Virus record (IMG/VR): IMGVR_UViG_3300045988_032442
Coordinates: 1-14,324 of that record
Length of the DNA stretch: 14,324 nucleotides
Strand: one strand, 5' to 3'
Origin: a virus
A model generated the notes under the pieces. The model had not been told where the DNA came from, made no database searches, and saw nothing but the letters and a program-made list of their open reading frames with translations. The position numbers and the translations under genes are program-made. Below, one piece after another: positions 1 through 7,398 of this stretch (position 1 is the first letter of the stretch; each line of letters begins with the position of its first letter).

Positions 1-75
1 CACGTAATAGCAGATTGCACAAAATTTTCTTCCCCAACGCACCAATCTTTGTGCAAAATGTCAATAGACACAAAA
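1..75. repeat. Left inverted terminal repeat, 75 bp, perfect reverse complement of 14250-14324
   Basis: Base-by-base comparison: the reverse complement of 14250-14324 equals 1-75. The first mismatch or indel is at position 76. Contains an internal 9-bp inverted repeat, TTGCACAAA (15-23) and TTTGTGCAA (49-57). Confidence 0.95.
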
Positions 76-112
76 ATATAGTGCCCACGCCCCTGGGTAG
101 GGGAGTGGGCAC
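71..112 (-). terminator. Rho-independent terminator ending the leftward late operon
   Basis: GC-rich hairpin at 81-112: GTGCCCAC-G-CCCCT, loop GGGT, AGGGG-A-GTGGGCAC. On the minus strand it is followed by UAUAUUUUUGU (71-80) and lies 13 nt after the tailspike stop codon (125-127). Confidence 0.75.
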
Positions 113-124
113 AAGATACGATAA

Positions 125-2446
125 TTATGCGTTGGTTGTTGCCATTTTCTGCAAGTTGGCTTCACTGTTGCTCAACTCTAGGCCCGCTACGGTATTAGCT
201 CCAAAGAGGTTTCGGGAGCCCGACGAATCGAACGAAAGACCGGCAGTGTAGAAACAGGCCTCTACAGGAAGAATCGTATTAAAAAAGATTCTGTTGTCGG
301 TGCAGCCATTGACGGCAGATATGGCTGCGGCCTCGGTGTATTTAGTAGTGCGCTTAATTATGTTTTTTGAGATTTGACATCCTCTGGACTGTGTTAGTAC
401 TATGCAATTGTCCACATTGATGAATTGGCAGTTATCAACAACGCCCCCTTGTGTATTAGTCAGTTTAACGCCTCTACATGATTGTGTGCCAATAAATTGG
501 CAGTTGCTCACCACACCGGAAGAATTCAGAAATTCTACCATTATATCTTTTGCATTAAAATAGCACCTTTCAACTGTGACCAAACTGTTAGGGGAATTAA
601 CCACATAAACACACCTATTACACTGGTCTGCAATATAATCATTAATCCAGATATTCCACACCGGATCTCCGGAAGGGGCCGGATAGATTTGTATTGCCGT
701 ACTGGCATTCACACACTCGCAACTATCAATATACACATCTCTAATATCGCTCGAGTTGTACAAATTAAATTGTTGGCTGTCGCCCGTTGTATTGCCAAGA
801 CTGCTAATGCAGTTATAGAATCTAATAGAAGCGTTGCCGCTAATTCCAGAGGCTCCGCCGCTTGATTCGTCCAGAAGATACGACGAATAGGGGTTAGACG
901 ATTTATAAAAAGCGTCATGAATAATATTAGAGGTGTATATATTAATTGTGTTCGCATATTGCGCTATTCTACGACCGCCAATACACTGGAAATTATCAAT
1001 AGTTACACGCTCTGCATACTGCACATTGAAAAACTGCTGCACATTTTCAGCGGTTGCCACAAAAGTGGCGTTACGAATAGAGAGGCGTTCCACATGAGCG
1101 GTTGGGCTATCGCCCGTAATATTGATACAGCCATTAGGGCCAAAGCTCACAACATTATTACAGAAGTCATAAGATGTGTGGTTGTTAACTCTTACAGGTG
1201 CATCAATTTTATAAATTGTATCGGCTGTAAGGGTGTTGTTTGCAGCTCCCCAAGTACCATGTGACAGAAATTTAATAGTACCTGTAAAAGGTTGAATAGA
1301 ACCGCCATGGAAGACATCGGCGATACCGGTGTCGATAAACCAGTCCGCAATTGTCTCGCCTGCTTTGATTAAGAATGCTCCGCTATTTTTCCGCCTGAAA
1401 TGAAGGGTGCAGGGGGCTACGGGTTCTTTGATAGTCAGCGTAACACCCGATGCTACAACGATTGCACCGCTTGTCATGAGCGGAGACCCGATGTCAATTG
1501 CTCCGGTTATGATATATTCGCCGTTAGGAATGAACAAATCGCGGCCGGACGCAATGGCAGACGAGAATGCGTTAGTATCGTCGGCAGTTCCGTCACCTTT
1601 AGCGCCGTAGCTCTTAACGTTTGCGTAGTCAAGAACATTTTTTACATCCTGCTTCAACTGATTGATGCTATTTTGCAGGTTGCTGTCCGCATTCTTCCGG
1701 TCCTGTTTCTCGTTGTTGATGGCTGTCTGGAGGTCGTTGTCTGCGTTCTCCCGGGCCGTTTTCTCCGCGTCAATAGCCGTCTGGAGTTGCGTGTCGGCGT
1801 TCTCCCGGGCCGTTTTCTCCGCGTCAATAGCCGTCTGGAGTTGCGTGTCGGCGTTCTCCCGGGCCGTTTTCTCCGCGTCAATAGCCGTCTGGAGTTGCGT
1901 GTCGGCCTCCTGCCGGGCCGTTTGCTCTGCGTTCAATCGCTCATTAAACGTAGTAAGCAGGTAGTGCAGCACTTCATTTGTGGAGCTGCTCACGCAGTTA
2001 GAGCCGGGCACATAGGCGTCACCGGCGATCATTGCTCTAGTGACACGCACCAGCGCCCCATTGACCCAGACAAGATCGTTGACAGCTCTATTCGCTGTGG
2101 CGGTGGGGCTGTGCCCCTCATCGTAGGGGGTGATGGCTTTTTTCACATCGGCCCAAAGTTCATCGAAATTACCGATTTTTGTCCAAAACTCGGTACGGTC
2201 CAGAGACACACCGGAGGGGACAGGCCGCACGGACAGGTATGCGTTGCCGTTGCTGTCCACGACAACGGTGTTAGATTCATACTGGCTCGTAATGTTCCAC
2301 TGGATGGGGTTAGCATACTTAATTGTGGCCAAGCTGACGAAGTCTGTCAGTTTGGTATTAAACTCATTTAGCACCTCTATAATCCAATCCAGATTGAGGT
2401 CATGGAAATTGGTGTAGGGTGCTCTGTGAATAGGATTAATATTCAT
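125..2446 (-). CDS. Tailspike / appendage protein with pectate-lyase-fold beta-helix (putative depolymerase), phi29 gp12 position
   Basis: 773-aa ORF with AAGGAG 8 nt upstream of the ATG at 2446. The motif VKSYGAKGDGTADDTNAF...IPNGEY is typical of pectate-lyase-superfamily tailspikes, and N/S/G-rich beta-helix-like rungs follow it. Contains an 18-aa coiled-coil repeat stalk. It is the last gene of the structural block. Confidence 0.8.
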   Translation of the reverse strand: MNINPIHRAPYTNFHDLNLDWIIEVLNEFNTKLTDFVSLATIKYANPIQWNITSQYESNTVVVDSNGNAYLSVRPVPSGVSLDRTEFWTKIGNFDELWADVKKAITPYDEGHSPTATANRAVNDLVWVNGALVRVTRAMIAGDAYVPGSNCVSSSTNEVLHYLLTTFNERLNAEQTARQEADTQLQTAIDAEKTARENADTQLQTAIDAEKTARENADTQLQTAIDAEKTARENADNDLQTAINNEKQDRKNADSNLQNSINQLKQDVKNVLDYANVKSYGAKGDGTADDTNAFSSAIASGRDLFIPNGEYIITGAIDIGSPLMTSGAIVVASGVTLTIKEPVAPCTLHFRRKNSGAFLIKAGETIADWFIDTGIADVFHGGSIQPFTGTIKFLSHGTWGAANNTLTADTIYKIDAPVRVNNHTSYDFCNNVVSFGPNGCINITGDSPTAHVERLSIRNATFVATAENVQQFFNVQYAERVTIDNFQCIGGRRIAQYANTINIYTSNIIHDAFYKSSNPYSSYLLDESSGGASGISGNASIRFYNCISSLGNTTGDSQQFNLYNSSDIRDVYIDSCECVNASTAIQIYPAPSGDPVWNIWINDYIADQCNRCVYVVNSPNSLVTVERCYFNAKDIMVEFLNSSGVVSNCQFIGTQSCRGVKLTNTQGGVVDNCQFINVDNCIVLTQSRGCQISKNIIKRTTKYTEAAAISAVNGCTDNRIFFNTILPVEACFYTAGLSFDSSGSRNLFGANTVAGLELSNSEANLQKMATTNA
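1743..1904 (-). repeat. Three perfect tandem 54-bp repeats inside the tailspike gene, flanked by diverged copies (about 1689-1958)
   Basis: The unit GCGTTCTCCCGGGCCGTTTTCTCCGCGTCAATAGCCGTCTGGAGTTGCGTGTCG occurs at 1743-1796, 1797-1850 and 1851-1904. It is in frame and encodes DTQLQTAIDAEKTARENA three times. Degenerate copies lie on both sides. Confidence 0.95.
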
Positions 2447-2458
2447 AATTTCGACTCC

Positions 2459-3148
2459 TTAGTAAACCAGCAAACAAAAGTTTGCCCGGATGTCCGTAAC
2501 GATTTTATGAACGGCATTTTCCATTGCGAGGGTCAGCTCTTTGGCAATGAGGTCTTGCGGGTCCCGCCCTGCCCGGCCCTTCTCGGTTATGGTGTCTTCA
2601 TAGGCGTTTTGTGACTTTGTGGCGCTGTTATCGGCAGCGGTTTGATTGGCGGTGGTCGTGTCCGTGCCGCTGCTGGTAATGGTGTTCCCCGTACCGAGGG
2701 CCGTTGTGCTCCTCTCCGCGGTTTGCAAGGTCCCACTGTCGAACCCCGTAACATCCCGCGTAGTGCTGTCACTGCCTGTATTATGGCCGGTAGTGGTTAA
2801 GTTGGGTGTTCGTGTAGTTGTGCCGGTTGTGCTATTTGTGCGGTTATTAGTGCCGGAGCTAGTCTCGGTATGGTCGGCGGCTTTGGTTCGGTCATCCGTT
2901 GCCAATACATCATAGTCAAGACCTAGGGCCGTTGCGTACCGCGACCAGCTCGGAATCATGGTTTCAGAATAGACTCCAAGCGCCCGGCGCATTGTGGGGC
3001 CATCCGCATATAATACCTCCAATTCCAGCGTATCAAAAAGCAAATTATTGCATACAGTTTCTTTAGATACACTGTCGGGGACTTTCAAGTCCTCAAACAG
3101 TTCCGGGTATCCTGCCAACAACCCGTTAAAGCTCAAGGTTGAGTGCAT
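2459..3148 (-). CDS. Lower collar / tail tube adaptor candidate (phi29 gp11 position)
   Basis: 229-aa ORF with GGAGGTG 7 nt upstream of the ATG at 3148. It sits between the connector and tailspike genes, as gp11 does in phi29. The long T/S/N/G-rich alternating central segment is compatible with a beta-barrel tube. No motif was recognised with certainty. Confidence 0.45.
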   Translation of the reverse strand: MHSTLSFNGLLAGYPELFEDLKVPDSVSKETVCNNLLFDTLELEVLYADGPTMRRALGVYSETMIPSWSRYATALGLDYDVLATDDRTKAADHTETSSGTNNRTNSTTGTTTRTPNLTTTGHNTGSDSTTRDVTGFDSGTLQTAERSTTALGTGNTITSSGTDTTTANQTAADNSATKSQNAYEDTITEKGRAGRDPQDLIAKELTLAMENAVHKIVTDIRANFCLLVY

Positions 3149-4067
3149 CGTTGTTCACCTCCTGCGTATTAGTATCGGGCGGGAACCTCCAATCGACCCA
3201 CAAATTAGACTTGTCAATTCCAAACAGTTTGTGAACCCGTTCGCAGCCACGCTGCAAGCTGTCCAACCAGAGCGACGCTTTGGCAGCTGTCTCGACGTTG
3301 TTAGAGTTGACTTCGTCGGTCAACATCCGCTCTTTCTTGCTGGTATTAGTGTTCGGAATGCCCACTTCCGTGTCAAACAGCGCTTTAATGGTTTTAAGAG
3401 CGGTTAGCAGTTCGTTGGTGATGAAGTTCCCTTTGAGGTCTGTTGCAAAATACATCCACGGGGCTTGCCCGGATGCCCCATTCTTGGGCGCTTTGAGCAA
3501 AGAAGAATCAACAAAAACAGCCGGGTCGCCTTGCATGATGGAATCAAACATCTTTTTGAAAGATTCCGCACCAGCTTTGTTGCCTGCCGCAAACACGTAG
3601 GCAAGGCGGCTATTGATTAAATTGCTCTGGATGGTCTGGGCGGCAAGGGCCATCATGTCCCCATAATAGGCCACAATATCCACCATACCACGGTAATCGG
3701 GCTGCAAATTGATGATCTCACATTGTTTCCCGATCTGCAAATAGGGGGACCCTTTAATAAATGGGTTGGCAATGATGGAGTGCGTGGGATTGTAGAAGAT
3801 GTTAATGCCGGTTAGTCCCATTCGGTCATAAACTAGGCCATAACGGTCAGTGTTGAACACCGTGACGCCACCGGAACCGAAAACAAGATACTGCAAGCGG
3901 TTACAGGGCCATGTTTCGGGCAAGGTCCACCGGACCATAGACACGGCCTCAAGGAACAGATATTTTCGGAAATAATAGGACAGGCTGTTACCCTTTGTGT
4001 GCATCACGGAGGGAGTCACCGGTGACACATGTGTGTTAATTTGTTCGTAACTATAGGGAGCACTCAC
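3126..4067 (-). CDS. Head-tail connector (portal, upper collar), phi29 gp10-like
   Basis: 313-aa ORF whose GTG start overlaps the upstream stop (GTGA), with GGGAGG 9 nt upstream. The C-terminal segment KKERMLTDEVNSN...LQRGCERVHKLFGI resembles phi29 gp10 KKERMVTDEVSSN...EEACEKINELYGL as recalled from memory. Its size matches gp10 (about 309 aa). Confidence 0.85.
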   Translation of the reverse strand: MSAPYSYEQINTHVSPVTPSVMHTKGNSLSYYFRKYLFLEAVSMVRWTLPETWPCNRLQYLVFGSGGVTVFNTDRYGLVYDRMGLTGINIFYNPTHSIIANPFIKGSPYLQIGKQCEIINLQPDYRGMVDIVAYYGDMMALAAQTIQSNLINSRLAYVFAAGNKAGAESFKKMFDSIMQGDPAVFVDSSLLKAPKNGASGQAPWMYFATDLKGNFITNELLTALKTIKALFDTEVGIPNTNTSKKERMLTDEVNSNNVETAAKASLWLDSLQRGCERVHKLFGIDKSNLWVDWRFPPDTNTQEVNNDALNLEL

Positions 4068-4645
4068 AACAGACGACCTCCCTTCGCCATCTTAAACAGC
4101 AGCCATACCGGCAATTTGCCAGTAGGCCACGGCCCAGGGCCAGGGCCTGGCCCTGGGCCTGGCCCTGGGCCTGGCCCTGGGTCAGGGCCGGGGCCTGGGC
4201 CCGAGTCCCATTCAACGTCCCATGTGCCGACCTGATTCGGGATTCTGATAATGCTGGACGGGTCCCTCAGGTTTCCAGCGGCATCGGCGTACTCCCAATG
4301 CGTGTGAATGCCTGTTACGTAACCGGTCTGGCCCTGTGTGCCGATAAATTGCCCCTTAGAGATTGTGTCGCCCACGTTCCAAATTTGCGAGGCAAAGTGT
4401 GCGGCCCGCCATGTTGTGCCGTCGGCCATCCGTACCTTGATCATGTTTCCCCACGACTGATCGCCCGAGGTGCTGCCGTTCCAATGCTGGGCCGCGACCA
4501 CCACGCCCGCTTCGGGCGCATAGGCTTTATGGTTGCCGTGCACCGTGTCAATGCCCCGGTGGGGGCTGCCGTCAGAGTAAGCCGGGTAGCCCGCGGTGAC
4601 TCTGATCGGTGACACGTCAGTAATGCACTGTTTGTATACTGCCAT
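4064..4645 (-). CDS. M23-family (LytM-type) metallopeptidase, tail-associated peptidoglycan hydrolase candidate
   Basis: 193-aa ORF with GGAGGCGC upstream of the ATG at 4645. It carries HRGID (HxxxD) and GIHTHWE (HxH) zinc-ligand motifs. The C-terminus has a Gly-Pro linker and a short hydrophobic/basic tail. phi29 gp13 carries an M23 domain in its tail. Confidence 0.85.
   Translation of the reverse strand: MAVYKQCITDVSPIRVTAGYPAYSDGSPHRGIDTVHGNHKAYAPEAGVVVAAQHWNGSTSGDQSWGNMIKVRMADGTTWRAAHFASQIWNVGDTISKGQFIGTQGQTGYVTGIHTHWEYADAAGNLRDPSSIIRIPNQVGTWDVEWDSGPGPGPDPGPGPGPGPGPGPGPGPWPTGKLPVWLLFKMAKGGRLL
4129..4206 (-). repeat. GGCCCT/GGGCCT microsatellite encoding a (Gly-Pro) linker of about 12 units
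   Basis: Visible repeat ggcccagggccagggcctggccctgggcctggccctgggcctggccctgggtcagggccggggcctgggccc. It translates on the minus strand as SGPGPGPDPGPGPGPGPGPGPGPGPWP. Confidence 0.95.
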
Positions 4646-4657
4646 TGTTTGCGCCTC

Positions 4658-6073
4658 CTACTCTAAAAAGAATCCATTTTTCATATAACTTTTAACGCTG
4701 TCAATCTCGGCGGCTGTTGCGGGCAGCGCAATATCTGGGTCGTCTACCATAATGAAACCCGGTATACTGAACAGTTGCACCTTTTGACACAGGGGCCGCC
4801 CGTGGTGCTCGTTGTTGTCGTCCGCAAGATCGTAAAAGGCCCCTGTCAAATACGGCGTAATACCATATTTTGCGACGCTGGCCCCTCCGCCTTTTGATTG
4901 ACTTGCAACGGTCATTTGCTGGGCACCGGAGGCAATACCGTTGGTAATATCGCCACCGCCGAAAAAGGATCCAATACCTCCGGCAATAGCACCGACGGCG
5001 GTTTGAATTAGTCCGCCAAAACTTGCCAATTCATCTATATTAGTTGCAATCTGCGCCAGCTGCACAGGTACCGAAACGTTGCCCGACGTGGAGAAGAAAA
5101 TAGTGTTAAAATCTTTATTAAATGACAAGTCCAGTATTGCGTCACCCGTGCGGTAATCAACAGTTAATCTGCAATACAAGGTACTTTGCAGCACGAACAA
5201 GTTGGCATTTAATTTAATCTCCCCAAATGGAGGACAATATAACGTGTACTCGGAATAAGGTGCTCCGTCTGTATAAACGCCCCTCGTAATGTGCTGCGGA
5301 TGATGAGGGGTGGAGATATTGAACGTGAATACCTGCTTATCATTGTTGTTTTGTATTACATAAGCGTTCCCGATATTCTTCATTTTCCACCACCCAACAG
5401 GAACCTCGTTAATGGGAGTTCCGATGGCCGTGTTTCCGCAAGGTATCCAGAACGCTTTTGAAATATACTGAATAGGATTGAAAAGTGCTTTAGTTAAGTT
5501 ACTGCTGATCTCGTCAGCGCTGATATTCAAGTAATCAGTATTCTGCAAAAGAGCAGCCATTAACTTTTGAAATGCGGTCCCGCTCATTGCAAGATAAATT
5601 GCACCGCCGAACGATACATAGCCGGGGGCATTGACGACCACAACAAAAAATCCTTGACTGCCGCTTTCCGGGTCATCCGTGAAGGGCGTATAATTTGCAT
5701 AGAGGGTTTTCGTGGTAATCGTTGCTTTTGTAGGGTACAAATTATCTACGATTTTAGGGTCGTACTTGGCCGAGGACCTCACCACATATTCAGTAGAGTA
5801 TCCGATCTGGTCGCGGTAGCTTGCGAGAGTGTCAACAGTCAGTGACGCATTCCAGAGCCTGTCAGAATATGTCCAGTTCTTCACCCAGTAATACCGGCTA
5901 AAGGTGGGCATATAACAATAATTGTACCTGGTGGGGTCACCCTCTGTTGCAATCTTAATTTCCGGGTTAATGATGTTACAGGGGGCTTTAAGGTCAATAA
6001 CCTTTTTAAGACCGTCACTGGGCCGTTTTGTGCTGTTTGTGCGCTTCGCGAACTGATAAAATGTAGCTTGCAT
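4658..6073 (-). CDS. Tail knob / distal tail tube protein candidate (phi29 gp9-like)
   Basis: 471-aa ORF with GGAGG 6 nt upstream of the ATG at 6073. The N-terminal layout (YNYCYMPTFSRYYWVKNW...LTVDTLASY) recalls the gp9 N-terminus (SYIMFQN...KWFYAFV...EIDVLQTW). A Gly-rich hydrophobic segment at residues 349-404 resembles the gp9 membrane-active loop. It lies directly after the capsid gene. Confidence 0.5.
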   Translation of the reverse strand: MQATFYQFAKRTNSTKRPSDGLKKVIDLKAPCNIINPEIKIATEGDPTRYNYCYMPTFSRYYWVKNWTYSDRLWNASLTVDTLASYRDQIGYSTEYVVRSSAKYDPKIVDNLYPTKATITTKTLYANYTPFTDDPESGSQGFFVVVVNAPGYVSFGGAIYLAMSGTAFQKLMAALLQNTDYLNISADEISSNLTKALFNPIQYISKAFWIPCGNTAIGTPINEVPVGWWKMKNIGNAYVIQNNNDKQVFTFNISTPHHPQHITRGVYTDGAPYSEYTLYCPPFGEIKLNANLFVLQSTLYCRLTVDYRTGDAILDLSFNKDFNTIFFSTSGNVSVPVQLAQIATNIDELASFGGLIQTAVGAIAGGIGSFFGGGDITNGIASGAQQMTVASQSKGGGASVAKYGITPYLTGAFYDLADDNNEHHGRPLCQKVQLFSIPGFIMVDDPDIALPATAAEIDSVKSYMKNGFFLE

Positions 6074-6085
6074 TTTGTGCCTCCT

Positions 6086-6117
6086 ACAAAATAACCGGAG
6101 GGCATAGGCCCTCCGGT
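6086..6117 (-). terminator. Intrinsic terminator / attenuator immediately after the major capsid gene
   Basis: Perfect 10-bp stem ACCGGAGGGC (6094-6103) and GCCCTCCGGT (6108-6117) with a 4-nt loop. On the minus strand it is followed by UAUUUUGU and sits 5 nt after the capsid gene stop. Confidence 0.7.
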
Positions 6118-6122
6118 GCAGG

Positions 6123-7397
6123 TCAAGACTTCGAGGGGTCCGCGTCCTTGTGCGTGGTGGTTTTAAGGATGGAGGCTCTAGCTGCTCTGCCCGCGTCGGG
6201 CGCGGTGACGTCGCCGGAGGTCATCAGGAACAGAACGGCGTTCTCGGTGAAATCGTCGTACCACGACCATCCGTAGTGATACCAGAAGTTTGTATAAAGG
6301 CCGCGGGCGTTCATGGGGGTCGGGACCACGCGGGACAGCTTCGGAGTGTAACCGATTGCATCCCAGTCCAGCAGACACCCGAACACATTGGACAGCTGCA
6401 CCGCAGCATTATTGGTTGCCACACCGGCGGTGCTGGTTACGACAGGCGTTGCGGAGATGGTCTCACGCTCGTCGATGTTCTGCCAGAACGTGACCTGCTC
6501 GGCGTCGCGGTATTTCAGCATGTTATCATGGAAAACCTCGGGAATCACGCGGGCATCGATCTGGCTCTGCGTGCCGCTGTACAGATAAAGGTGCTGCCGG
6601 TCATACGGCGTGTGTCGCATGATGTTGTACGTCGTGCCGCCGATCTCCCAATTCTGATGCCAGTTGATGGTCCGTTCCTTCATCAGGCGGGATATATCGT
6701 TGATACGGCCATAGGCGTATTTTGCGAATCCAGGGAAATTCGCTTCCTTGTACACGTCCTGCACCGTCAGTTGGGTGCCCTGCTGGGCGTTGTACTCATC
6801 GAGCAGATACACAACGCTGTGGGGGCTGGTCACAGTCATGCCGGTCAGATGGTTGGCCATCAGGTTGTTGGCGAGGTTGCGTCGGTCAGCCTCGATCTGG
6901 TTAGAAAGGTGCAGCACGAAAGACGACCAGAACTGTGCCAGTTCCTCGGGCCCCTTGAATGCTGCCTCCATCTGGGTGTCAGCCTGCGTGTACACGCGGC
7001 TGTAATTGGTCTGGCCGTAGTAGTTTGTCTGTAGGACTTTAGGCTTGTGGACTTCGTACATGTCCACGCTCTTGCCGTCCTCCAGCGCCCACGCCTTATC
7101 GGTGACGGGGTCGCTGTCGCAAAAATTGATCTTCCGAACATGGTTCGACCAGTCGTCGCCCGTCACCTGCAAGCGCTTGAGCGGTGCGTCGTAGGGGCGC
7201 ACAGCAAAAATGGTACGGCCCAACACCTGACTAATAGCTTTGGTGTAGTTGTCGGTACCGGTCAGCAACGTGGCCTGTGCTACCGACACAAAGCTAGATG
7301 TGTCCACAATGGACGTTGTCGACTCCTGGCCGGTGGCCATTTTGTTGATCTCGGTCAGAATTGCGGCAATGTCCTTAAAATCCATGCCAAGGGGCAT
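6123..7397 (-). CDS. Major capsid protein, phi29 gp8-like (HK97 fold), without a C-terminal Ig-like domain
   Basis: 424-aa ORF following the scaffold gene. The C-terminal segment NARGLYTNFWYHYGW...ENAVLFLMTSGDV resembles phi29 gp8 NPRGLYWNYYYHVW...ANAVAFVSGDV as recalled from memory. The ORF ends shortly after this point, where gp8 continues into its BIG2 domain. Confidence 0.85.
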   Translation of the reverse strand: MPLGMDFKDIAAILTEINKMATGQESTTSIVDTSSFVSVAQATLLTGTDNYTKAISQVLGRTIFAVRPYDAPLKRLQVTGDDWSNHVRKINFCDSDPVTDKAWALEDGKSVDMYEVHKPKVLQTNYYGQTNYSRVYTQADTQMEAAFKGPEELAQFWSSFVLHLSNQIEADRRNLANNLMANHLTGMTVTSPHSVVYLLDEYNAQQGTQLTVQDVYKEANFPGFAKYAYGRINDISRLMKERTINWHQNWEIGGTTYNIMRHTPYDRQHLYLYSGTQSQIDARVIPEVFHDNMLKYRDAEQVTFWQNIDERETISATPVVTSTAGVATNNAAVQLSNVFGCLLDWDAIGYTPKLSRVVPTPMNARGLYTNFWYHYGWSWYDDFTENAVLFLMTSGDVTAPDAGRAARASILKTTTHKDADPSKS

Positions 7398-7398
7398 A

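Noticed and set aside
1743-1904. Regular 54-bp direct repeats that could superficially suggest a CRISPR-like array.
   Set aside because: The repeats are contiguous with no spacers. They are in frame within a long ORF and encode a heptad-like coiled-coil peptide.
1400-2371. Long plus-strand ORF (323 aa) opposite the tailspike gene. Similar plus-strand ORFs occur at 6150-7034 (294 aa), 10559-11386 (275 aa), 7249-7788 and 7457-7927.
   Set aside because: All are antisense to minus-strand genes with recognisable motifs. They lack Shine-Dalgarno sequences and have low-complexity Arg/Gly/Val/Cys-rich translations typical of shadow frames in GC-rich or repeat-containing coding DNA.
4029-4235. Plus-strand ORF that also translates to a Gly-Pro repeat.
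   Set aside because: This is a consequence of the self-complementary GGCCC/GGGCC microsatellite. The minus-strand frame is continuous with the M23 peptidase domain.
5881-6126. Minus-strand 81-aa ORF spanning the capsid/tail-knob junction.
   Set aside because: It overlaps the start of the 471-aa gene and the terminator hairpin in another frame. It has no RBS and a low-complexity translation.
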